Origin: Saprolegnia diclina VS20
Taxonomy: Eukaryota
Direction of reading: 5' to 3'
Assembly (NCBI RefSeq): GCF_000281045.1
Contig: NW_008246092.1
Span: 30,389-64,267, forward strand
DNA length: 33,879 nucleotides
The notes beneath the pieces are model-generated. The model saw only the letters and a list, made by a program, of their open reading frames with translations, was not told the DNA's origin and made no database searches. The position numbers were made by a program, and so were the translations under genes. Positions 10,602 to 21,194 of the stretch are shown here, one piece after another; the first letter of the stretch is position 1; every line of letters starts with the position of its first letter.

Positions 10602-12860
10602 ATGCGAAAGCTGCTCGGCTCAATGTGTTCGACGCTGTACGCATCTGCCAGCCGCTTGATCGCCTCCTTGCGGCTCGTCGCGTTGGCATTGTCGCACACC
10701 AAGTCGTAGAGCGTGCTGAGGTTGAAGACAAGCGCGGCGTTCAAGTGGCGGCGCGGATCGCTCTGGAGCACCGACTCGAGCACGTTCACCGCTGTGAGCA
10801 CCTCGCACGAGTAGAGGGCGCAGATCGCCAGGTTGTTGGCCGCGCACGACGCCACGTCGCCGTCGTCGATCGTCACAAACGGGTCGGTAGCAACGTACAT
10901 GGGCTCGGGTGCTGCATGCAGTTCGAGGATCGTGTTGAACGTGTCGAGTGCTTCCTTAAACTAGTGGTGGTGGATGTGAGCGGGCGTCGACAGCGTTACG
11001 AGGGTACCTTGTTTTGCGCAAAGAAGAGCAACCCCTGGTTCAACAGAAGACGCGCCGAGCAGTCTACTGATCCAGTGAGTCAACAACGCGTTGTCAAATC
11101 GCAATCCGACCGTGAACCATCGAAGCCTGGAGTGTCGTGGCTTTGGCAAACGTGCGTTCGGCGGCGACGAGGTTGCCCATTTGGAGGTGCACGCGACCGA
11201 CGCGCGACGTCCAAAGCAGCTCTTGCCACGGCGAGAAGCGACCCGCGTTGGTCGTCTGCAAAGAATGTCATACATACACGACTGGAGCAAGGCTCGTACG
11301 AGGTAGTGGACGCTCAGACGTAGCGCCAAGTGCAGCTTCTTGCGCTCAATGAACGTGTTGATCATGGCGCCGGTCGTCATGTCCCGCCACACATCAGCCG
11401 CAGCGTCCTGTGCGCCATCGAGCCGCTGGACAAAGGCCGCCGAAGCGGCTTCGTACTCGAGATAGTTGTCTACCATGCTTCGTCAATATATTGCTTCGTC
11501 GTCGCAGGAGATGTGTGTACTCTGAAGGCGCGGTAGCTGCATGGCGAGAAAGTGGAGGCGCCAGGGAACCATGGACCCCGTCTTGCCAGACTAGAAGGAA
11601 AGTGTGGGACAGAGGTCTCTCGAAGCGACGCAGACCTCTGAAAATGTCGCCCACTGGTACTGCGGGCTATCGAGATCGCCGAGGCCTCGGACGATGGCCT
11701 CGAACGCCGTCACATTGCGCTGCTTGTACAGTGCGACGAGCTGCCACGACTACAAAAACAACTTGAGTCGGCAGAACGTCCTTCTTTCGTACGCGCGCAG
11801 CAAGCATCGCAGCGACATCGTTGGTTTGGGCCATGGACGCAGCGGCCGCCTCGAGTGACTTCCAGCGCTGGTGGTCGTAGAGCAACCGAAGACCATCCTC
11901 GGTGCCGTCAAAGGCCGGAAGAGGCGTTGGGTGCATCTCGGGCGACACTTGCGCCATAAACGCCTCAAAGAGCTCTGCGACGCTGCGTGGCGGCGGAAGG
12001 ATCTGCGTCGCGGTCTGGCGCTGTGGCGATGTGAGCGATGGCGACCGGCTGAGCGGTGATGGCTGCCGGTGCGCGAACGACGGCGACGGGTGCGTCGGGC
12101 CCGCAAACATCGGTGACGTGTTCGAGCTTGCGTACGGCGATTGGTTGTATCCCAAGAAAGGCGCGGCCGGCGGCGGCGGGGCCACGGCGGTCGCAGCACT
12201 AAACGGGTCCTGACGTTCGACGTGTAAGACTCAACGACAAGTCGCGTTCCGGACGTACCGACATGGACGAGGTGCGCGGCGCGTCAGAGAAGCTGTCTCG
12301 CTTGGCCGCTGGTGGTGGACCACCAAACATGTTGGCAAGCTCGTCCGAGGCCGAGTCTGCAGAATTGAAGTTGGACGCAGGGGCTGGTTGCGCCGGGGTC
12401 GTTGGTGGCGCATGCTGGAAGGGCGTCGACGCCTCCGCTACGTGCTGGAAAGGGTCGCTGAGGTCTGCAGTGTGAAACTGCGTATTGGCCGTCGAGTAGT
12501 CTGCGACGTGGTCAAAAGGACTCGCGCTTGAGTCGGCTGTCGGCTTGACGACCATCGGGGTCTTCAGTTGGCTCGTCGCTGGTGCCCGAGCACCAAGACC
12601 TACGTGTCCTCACATAAGCACATATGTACATCTATAGTCAGTTGTCGTACCACCGCCAGCCAGCGGTAGTCCTGGGCCCGGCTTCATCGGGTTGACGTGC
12701 GCTACAGGCCTACTCGCCGATTTAGGTCCTTGGCCGTCCACAAAGACGATGCATACCCGGACGCAAAGGGCGACGCCGACGGCCTTCGTGGCGGCGCCGC
12801 AAAGGGGTTGGGCGGCGCGTCCCCCGCGGGGAAGAGCCCGTCGTCGTATCCTTGGCTCAT
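10598..12860 (-). CDS. TRAPPC12: TRAPP complex subunit 12 (TTC15)-like TPR protein, multi-exon
   Basis: C-terminal AANNLAICALY...LES...LVFNLSTLYDL...RKEAI and internal LGDLDSPQY...SLAP resemble TRAPPC12. Long Pro/Ser/Phe-rich N-terminus from ATG 12860. Internal exon boundaries not all resolved. Confidence 0.8.
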
Positions 12861-13657
12861 GCTGTCAGTCGGCTCTGCGGCGCCCTGCGGCTTTGGCAAA
12901 CGGCAGTTCGCCGGGAAATTTCCGGGCGTAAAATATGCCCAAGGCATCTGATTCGACTTGGCGTTTGTATGCTCTTTGTTGGGACACGTACCTTGCCAGT
13001 GGTCTAAACGCACACAACTGTCATGCGCGCCAGCTCATTCGTCATGACGCCACGCCTCTTGTGGCACGAGAGCTGCGTACTGGTATCTAGCTGCGTGCAT
13101 GCAGCAGGTCCTATATGCACGCCATTGACGTTGCGTCGGGACAAAGAGCAAACACGGACCCTTTGTGAAGAGACTTCCAATATCAGTCGTTCTAGCACCC
13201 AAAGGCTACATGCACGACCGACAACATTGGCCGTCAAACGAGGACGGTGTGATTTTTTGCATAGGATCTGCCGTAGCTTCTGTGCAAGCCGCCTTCCCGG
13301 ACATTCAGGATGCTGAAGAAATGACTGTTTGCCGCTTGTCGAAGCAAGGCCCGGCTGCGTCGAACGATGGAGATCACCAGCAGGTTTAGCAACCGCTACT
13401 GCCATGACGCGACTTGGACCAAGCACGAGCGGCTCCGTGTTGCCGCCCGTTGCTGCCCCGTCTGGTTGCGTGTTTTCCGCTCGTCTGGATTGTCTGCGTC
13501 AAAGGCCGCCTGTTTGGTCTAGGTAGGGCGCGGAAATGGCAAAAAATATGCCTCCATCATTGACACGCCACCGAATCCTAGCAGATGGACATTCTTTGGC
13601 TGCCTCCTTGCTCCTGGCTCGCAGTAAGTCGGCCATTTTGCCTCTGGGCCTTGCAGC

Positions 13658-14714
13658 ATGCACGGTTCTACCACCGCTATCCTTGTGCTTCTCCACGGTA
13701 CGCGACCTTTCGTGGCAATGTCGAGGCTCATGCACCTCACGCACAGCTGCGGCGACGCTGGCGGTGCAAGACCCCTCCTTGTGCCGGCTCGTCGTGCTCT
13801 GCTTCACCATCACCAACACCCCGTGCAACCGCCAACTCGGTGCGTGTCCTCCATGTCTCTACGCGAACGCACAGGGCGGGTACCTTTGTTGGGCGAAAAC
13901 AGGCCCGTCGTGCCCGTTCACAGACAAGTCGGAGCTCACAATGTTCGACTGCTCTGGCAGCAACGCAACAACACCGACCCCAACAACAACGGCGGTACCA
14001 ACTACGACGCCGACACCAATAACAACGCTGACGGCAACAACAACAGCTACACCGACGACGGTACTACCAACGACGCCGACACAAACAGCCAACAACAGTA
14101 CGCAGAACGTACCGGGACCGAGCGAAGGCGCCAACTCGAACAGCGCTAGCTCGGCTACGGCGAGTCAAACGGTGCTCATGATTGCGATTGGCATGGGCGT
14201 CGCGTTCATGTTCGTGGCGGGTGTTTGCGCGCTCATGTATCGTCGCGAGAAGCGGCCGCGCCAGCCGTGTCCGCCTCCGACGCTCGTGGATCCGCCACCA
14301 CACAGTAAATTCAAGCGCGGCGGCAGCATCGCCATGCATGGGTCGCAGCTCCAGCGCATCAACTCGGGCTTCTCGTCGCAGAACGACGACCTTTCACTGC
14401 GCTCATTCCCAACGCCGTCGAGCTTTGGCGACGTGCAGAGCATTCTCGGCCAGGGCCGCGACGACGTGCAACCGCACAGTACGATCCACGAGTACATCGA
14501 CTCGGTGTCGTTTGCGCAGTTTTACCCGCTCCCGACAACAGCGACCGACGACATTTCAGACTCGGTGTCGCAGTACCGGTCGACCAACTCGCTCGTACTC
14601 GATGGGCGGTACAGCAATTTTTCCATCCTCTCGGACGACCCGCGCGACAACAACAACCCGAAGCTCCGCGTTTCGTGGGACGACGACGAGCGCGACAAGG
14701 AGGTTGAAATCTAA
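13658..14714 (+). CDS. Type I membrane protein A: signal peptide, 8-Cys domain, Thr-rich stalk, TM helix, Ser-rich tail; exons 13658-13697, 13747-14714
   Basis: Splicing 13698-13746 gives signal peptide MHGSTTAILVLLHAAATLA. Then C-x5-C-x7-C-x6-CPPC-x10-C-x7-CP...DC, a TTPTPTT mucin-like stalk, and TM VLMIAIGMGVAFMFVAGVCALMY followed by RREKR. Confidence 0.85.
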
Positions 14715-15669
14715 CGTCGCTTCCATCCTACTAAATTATATACACCAATATGTCAGTCATCCAGCGTCCGCTATCCCAGGCTAGGGCTAGGTGCAAAGTG
14801 TTATAACTCGCAACGACGGTCTACATTTCATGCGCCTCCATGCCATCGGTCATTGACATTCGCATTGTTTTCTGCGCTGCGAGCGATAATGATGCCAGAA
14901 AACCTATGTGCGTCTGCCAGCGCCACGGAAATATACTGTACAGCGCTTCAAGTTCTAACGAGGAAGGCCTCGTGGTGGAGGTACGCGACGCGCCTTGAAA
15001 CGAGGAAGAGGACGACCACAGATGCAAGTTCAAATAGGACACGTGACGCTGGCTTTAGTCCGAGGTGTCAGGTGTATATACAATCGTGCGCGGATCGTAC
15101 GCACGCACGTGTGTGGACAGTCGATGTGATTGCGCCTGTGCACGCTGTCCCGATCTCTGCTTGGTACCGAGATGGCAGCAACTGCACTCTCACTGGACTG
15201 ATGCAGCGATGGTAGCCAGTGGTATCGGAAGTACGTCTACTTGCCTCTCTGCATTGCAAATTGACGCGGCTGGGACCACGAACCTTCAAGACCGCCTCTG
15301 GCAAACGCTGTGTTGTCGTGTCGCCACGTGTTATAACACTTTGGGCCGATAACAGCCCAGTTACACATCGCCCATGCAGCAGCATCCAATATCATCTCCG
15401 AGCGTGTCGCCAAGTCTCTACGCGCCAGCGACCATCGAGAGAAGCCGAGATGGCAGCGATGGAAGGCAGCGTCGGCGGCGTCGACGAGCCAGCGCGGAGG
15501 AGGAGCGGTCGCACCGCTTGACCGGCTGCACCAGCTGCGGCCAAACGACTCAGAGTTCGTATCGAGTGGCCGGCGGCGATCGAACTTGACCAGATGTGTA
15601 ACACGTCGTCTTCGCCCACGCCTCACCCACGCGATTTCAAAATCAAACTGGTCCTCAGTAGCAGTCGTC

Positions 15670-16299
15670 ATGGGCGCGGAGACCTTTGTTGGTATTGGGC
15701 TCGTCGCGTTTGCTATCCTCTTCCTCGGCTACATGTCGTACAAGTGCAGCCGCGACAAGGCGCGCGTGCCGCCGCCTGCCAAGCCCGTTGAGACGCCCGC
15801 GTACAACCCGACCGCGCTCACCGAGATGGAAGATGGTCGTGGCAGCGGCTCGTTCGTCGTTCTGCAGGACAAGGTGCGCGACAGCAACATCCTGGACGCG
15901 TCGCCGCCGTCGCAAACGCACGTCTCGGCCAAGCTCGTCTCGTTCAGCGTCGGGTCGTCCGTCGGCGTCGGCAGCCACTTTGTCGTGACCAAGCCGACAG
16001 CGACCGACGACATTGCGATCCTCGAGGACGAAGAAGACGACGACATGATGGTCATCCAGCACGCGCCAATGAAGAAGCTCGGAGACGGCCTTGCCGAAGA
16101 CGACTTTGACATCGTCGACCAAGACTTGTACCGGTCGTCGACGTCGTTTAGCAAAGGCATGGACGGCCGGTACTCGCACTTCAGCATGGTCTCAGAGCTC
16201 TCAGCGTACGAGACGGCGAGCGAGTACGAGTCGCGCATGTCCCAGGCAAGTCGCGACAGCTACATGACCGACTACGACGGCAAGGAGGCCCGCATTTAG
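15670..16299 (+). CDS. Single-pass membrane protein B: N-terminal TM anchor and cytoplasmic tail related to protein A
   Basis: MGAETFVGIGLVAFAILFLGYMSY TM segment; strong GC3 codon bias; tail motifs TATDDI, DGRYSHFS and KEARI*. Upstream exons cannot be excluded. Confidence 0.78.
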   Translation: MGAETFVGIGLVAFAILFLGYMSYKCSRDKARVPPPAKPVETPAYNPTALTEMEDGRGSGSFVVLQDKVRDSNILDASPPSQTHVSAKLVSFSVGSSVGVGSHFVVTKPTATDDIAILEDEEDDDMMVIQHAPMKKLGDGLAEDDFDIVDQDLYRSSTSFSKGMDGRYSHFSMVSELSAYETASEYESRMSQASRDSYMTDYDGKEARI

Positions 16300-16657
16300 A
16301 CGCGAGACGCAACTACTAGTTTGAATAGGATTTATTAATCAACGCGCCAGCGCGGCGCCGTGAGCTACATTATCACTGCGATGCCAGCCTCATGGAGCAT
16401 GGAGCAAACAGCAAGTCCGAGGATCCGGAGCACGAGCGACTGGACCCTGCATTGTGCATCCGTCCTATGTGATGAACCCACGCTTGACATGCAGCGCCGT
16501 TGACGACGACCCCTCTCCCCTGTCGCCATCTGCACGCGTTCTTTGCCCGCACGATTCTACGACCATGCTTCTGATAGGCAGACAGGCGCCACCAGCTGGT
16601 GCGGCCCCATCACGGTGCTTCGATCGGACCGAATCGCAGCCTTCTTTTCGCAGGGCG

Positions 16658-17694
16658 ATGACCCGCCGCCTCTTCCTTCTACTGCTGCTCCACACGGCGG
16701 CCGCGGGCCTCGCACCGCGCAACGCGACGCATCTCTGTACATCGATCGACCGCTGCATGACGCGCGAGGCTAAGACGTGCCACCGCGGCCGCGAGCGCTG
16801 CCCGTCGTGCCTCCTGCCGCAGCCTGAGACCGGTGCCTACGTGTGCATCGAGCCCACAGGCGCGCGCTGCCCCACCTACGACCCACCATCCATCGACTGC
16901 AGTTCGTAATTCTTATTTGTGTCGCGTGATCTCATGCCCAAGCCTGTAGCGGCGGTGCGGCGCCTTGATACCAACAGCACGACGAGCCGAATACCGCCGC
17001 TCGACCCGAAATCCTCCAATGTCCCGACACCCGTCCCTGGTGAGCGCTTGACACGACGTCACGTCTCGTAACATCGCGAGTAGGCCCGGCGCCGCCGTTG
17101 TCGACACTCCACATCGCCTACATTGTCGGTATCTCGGTGTGCACGATCAGCATCTTTGGCTTCCTCTTCCTCTATCGCCCCGCGAGCGCAAGCGCCAAGG
17201 ACGATGTCCCGATGCTGCACCCGCCCACGTCGTCGCGCAAGATGGAAACGTTCCTCGAGGCCTTTGGCACCAACGACATGCTCTTGCAGAGCAAGCGCGC
17301 ACTGCAGCCGATCGAGTCGGCGAGCCCGTTGGAAGCCCGCGCGTCGTACTTTGACTCGGTGCGGACCAGCGATCTGCTCACGTGCGCGCGGCAGATACCG
17401 CTTCTCGAAGACGATGTCGAGCCCAAGGCCAAGACTCGTGCGGCGTCTGGCGGCGGTCGTGGCACCGTTGTCATCGCCGAAGAGACCGAGCTGCCGAAAG
17501 AGGTGGGCGAAACGCCTTCGCTCATGCGGCCCACGGAACTGCGGAGGCAGCGGCCGATCGAGAGCCTCATGTCGCCATACTCTGTCGGCTCCTCTGAGAG
17601 CGCCGACTCGGTTCTCTCCGACAACAGCGAGGAGGTGTTCATGTCCCGGTCCTTCTCCTGGAATAAGTTTAGCCTCCATGGCACCCCTGCGTAA
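16658..17694 (+). CDS. Type I membrane protein C: signal peptide, 8-Cys domain paralogous to A, stalk, TM, tail; exons ~16658-16901, 16950-17039, 17084-17694
   Basis: Signal peptide MTRRLFLLLLLHTAAAGLA. C-x5-C-x7-C-x6-CPSC-x11-C-x7-CP...DC. Two GT-AG introns join in frame to TM IAYIVGISVCTISIFGFLFLY. Confidence 0.8.
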
Positions 17695-18385
17695 TCGAGC
17701 CGCTTATTTATACGAGATTTCATTGGTCCTATTTAAACGAATCAGCGCGTGCCAAGCACCCTGTCTTGGATGTGGCAATTCCGGTCAAGTTCAGAAACCA
17801 AAGATCACGACAAAGTTTTCGCGTTTGGCGATACATCACAACTATTGCACCAAGCGTACACACACATACATCTACATATCTACCTAACCACCTCACCTAT
17901 ACTGGCTGTGGCAGGCGCATTCATATATTGTTGTTGCTGGATACTGATGTCATGGTTCGCCAGTTAGTGCCCAGGCGGCGCCATGGAAGGTGTAGGCTAG
18001 GCACAGGGGAGCGCGCACGGGGCGCAGTTGTGTCATACGGCACAAGTAAGGGTACATACATTTGCTGATGAGCAAACTTGCTGCACGACGAACTCTCCGT
18101 ACGCATGCACCGTAGTCGTTCGAGGTCAGCACCGTTTCAAGTCCGCTCGTTGCAGTCTACAGGTGAAGGACTTTTTCGACTAAGGTCGCATCCTGGCTCT
18201 GACTCAGATAACATACTCGAAGAAGACTGCTGCACGTTGCATTTGATGTGAGCTCAAGCCGTGCTACGCTCAACACTGCCACGCCACCGTTGATTCCGGA
18301 TAAACGAGATCTCAAAGGGTTATTCCCTTGAAAAGTACAATCGTATTCGGATTGCCCTTTTCTGACACTGACGAAACGACGAACG

Positions 18386-21032
18386 ATGTCGGAGCTTGAG
18401 GTGCGTCGGTCGCTCGCAAGGAGGTGGTGATGCTCATGAGGTCCTGTACTAGGAAGGAAGCGGCTTGGAGCGCCGGCCCAACTATGACCCAACGTACATG
18501 AAGGAAGGGTACCTGCAGAAGAAGGGCCAGCTCCTCAAGGGCTGGAAGAAGCGCTGGTTTGTCTGCGACGGGCGGTCGCTGAGCTACTACATCTCGAGCA
18601 AGGACAAGAAGCCGAACGCGGTCATCCCGCTCGAGTCGGCGTCTGTCCAAGACGGTGGCCTCAGCGAGACGTGGCACTCGCCGCGCATTTACCTCACGGA
18701 CGGCACCAGTGGCACCATGTACTGCCTCTCGGCCGAAGAGAAGGGCGTCGCCTCCGACTGGCTCAGCGTCCTCACAAAGGCCGTCGCGCGCATTCAAGAA
18801 GTCAAGCACAAGCACCGCCTCGAGCGCAACACGAGCGTCGGCGGCACGACCATCACGCCGTTCGACGAAGAAGAGGGGCGGCAAAAGCCGATGAGCCAGC
18901 AGCACGCACCACCGTCGCCGGCGCGCAAGCCCATGACGTCTGAAGCGTCGCGCAGCCGCATACAGCCCACGTCGCAAGCGAGCCACGGCCCCAAGGTGCC
19001 GACGCAGCCGACCAACATTCGTCTCGAAAACCAACTCTCGAGCGCGTCCGAGCTGCTCTCGTGCCTCCTCTTCAACAAGCCGTCGTCGCAGCACCCGCTT
19101 CACTTTCACTTTCATGGCGCCAACAACGGTGTCCGAGTGTCGACGGCGACGCACGGCGCGACGGGCAAGCAGTACGTCCGCGGCAGCGTCGCGATCAAGG
19201 CCTTGCCCTCTGTCGCCCTGCGCATCATCCTCGACCACCAAAAGCGCAACGAGTGGGATGTGCATTTCCCAGTGTCGACGCACGTCGCGACCTACGGCGG
19301 GTCCACCGACCTCATCCACCTCGCAGGCGGCACGCCGTACAACCTCTTTGCCGACCCGCTGGTGGCAACGACCAACACGGCGCTGCCTGCCCTTGGCTGC
19401 GCGGCCCTCTCGACGCTGCTTGCAGGCGACGTGGTGCACTCGGCCTGCGCCGCCGTTCTCGGTGGCCTCGCGTCGAGCATTGATTGGCGGTCGCTTGCTG
19501 TGCCGCGCGATCTGCTCGTCCTCCGTCACGTCTACGAGGCGTCGACGCCCCATGCGAAGCGCAACGACCGCCTCTCGTGCCAGAACGTGCTCGACGCAGT
19601 GGGCATGTCGGCTGTGCCGTCCGCCATGGTGATCCTCGAGATGTCGGTCGCCAACGAGCTCAAGCCCGTCCCGACCGGCGTCGTACGCGGCCACATTGGC
19701 ACGTCGGGATGGCTCGTCGAGCCCCTGGACGCCGAGTCGACGTTATTGACGTATGTGACGGACTTGAACCTCGGCGGGTGGGTGCCCGCGGCTACGATGA
19801 CCAATGTGCTGCACGGCCGCATGCAGATTCTCTCTGCGATTGCCGAGTTTGTGCACCAAGCCAAGATCCACGGCCCGAATTTGGGCTACATTGATGACGA
19901 CGACGACGACGACGACACGCGCGACGCGCCGACGGCGCCGGCCCACGAGACGCACGTGGCCGACGCTAGCTCGTCGGTCTTCCACCCGCGCGACTACTTC
20001 AAGCTCATGCTGCAGATCCCGACGGGTGGCGTCAAGCTGACGGATAAGGAGGTCGCGAAAAAGCAGAACGGCGTGCTCATGGAAGTCATCAAGTCGATGG
20101 GCACCAAGCTCCTTGAAGGCAAGTCGGCTGTGAGTCTCTCGCTGCCCGTGCGCATCTTTGAGCCGCGCTCGATGCTGGAGCGCCTTGTCGACCTCTACTT
20201 GTACGCGCCCAACTACCTCAACCGCGCCGCGGACGCGACCGAGATGCTCGAGCGCTTCAAGCTCACAATGACGTTTGCGATCGCGGGCTGGCACCACGGT
20301 GTTGGCTGCATGAAGCCGTTCAACCCGATTCTCGGCGAGACTTTTGAGGCCGAGTTTGCCGACGGCGCGCAGGTCTATGGCGAGCACACGAGCCACCACC
20401 CGCCGATCAGTTTTCTTCAGATCGTGGGCCAAAAGTACTCGATTTCGGCCCAGTCGATCATGAACGGCTCGATGCAAGGCAACTGCCTCGTCCAAGTGCA
20501 GCAAGGACCGGTGCGCATTTCGTTCAACGACGGCACGCTCATCGAGTGTTCGCTGCCGGGCGTGCGCCTCGGCGGCTTCCTCTGGGGCGACCGCGTCGTG
20601 GACTTTGTCGGCACGATCGTCTTTGAGGACAAGGTGAACGGCCTCCGCTGCGACTTGAAGCTCGACCCGGACTCGAAGAAGGGCATGTTTGCCTCCAACA
20701 AACTGCCGACGGACCGCTTCCGGGGCACGATCACGCGCTTTGGCGACGAGATCTGCGACGTGAGCGGGTCGTGGCTCGAAGACCTCCGTTTTGACGACAC
20801 TATGTACTGGTCACTGCACAAGGATGCGTGCGCGCCGGTGGTGTGGCTCCCGGATGACAAGGTGCTGCCGTCCGACAGCCGGAACCGCCAGGACCTCCGG
20901 TTCCTTGCGCAAGGCGACCTTGAGGAGGCGCAGGAGTGGAAATTGCAGCTCGAGGTACTCCAGCGCAGCGACCGCTCCAAGCGCAAGGACGGGCGCCGTC
21001 CCAACCACTGGACGATGGGCACGTCGCATTAG
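18386..21032 (+). CDS. ORP1: Oxysterol-binding protein-related protein (PH + START + ORD), oomycete ORP1 type; exons 18386-18400, 18453-21032
   Basis: PH domain KEGYLQKKGQLLKGWKKRWFV; START-like middle (RNEWD, PRDL, VRG, TYV); OSBP signature KPFNPILGETF and EHTSHHPPIS. Confidence 0.93.
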
Positions 21033-21194
21033 ATGAGACTTGATAACGCGTTGGTTTTGCATCCACCGGCTTCGGCCTTTACTGGTCGTCTTTGCTTTCC
21101 AGCTCATATGAGTAGCAGCAACTTCAACATGGGCAGCACAATGATATTGCAAAACGGCCGCCGGAGGTGCGATCTTGCGAAGCGTCGGCGGACG

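Noticed and set aside
9872..11323. 483-aa ORF as a single protein
   Set aside because: Only the first part is an exon of the LARP7-like gene; the rest reads through an intron and antisense over TRAPPC12.
12934..13389. Possible small spliced gene divergent from TRAPPC12
   Set aside because: Only fragments; no consistent exon chain or homology.
13536..13657. Longer unspliced start for membrane protein A
   Set aside because: The spliced model from ATG 13658 gives a clean signal peptide matching paralog C.
18312..19694. 460-aa minus-strand ORF
   Set aside because: Antisense shadow of ORP1.
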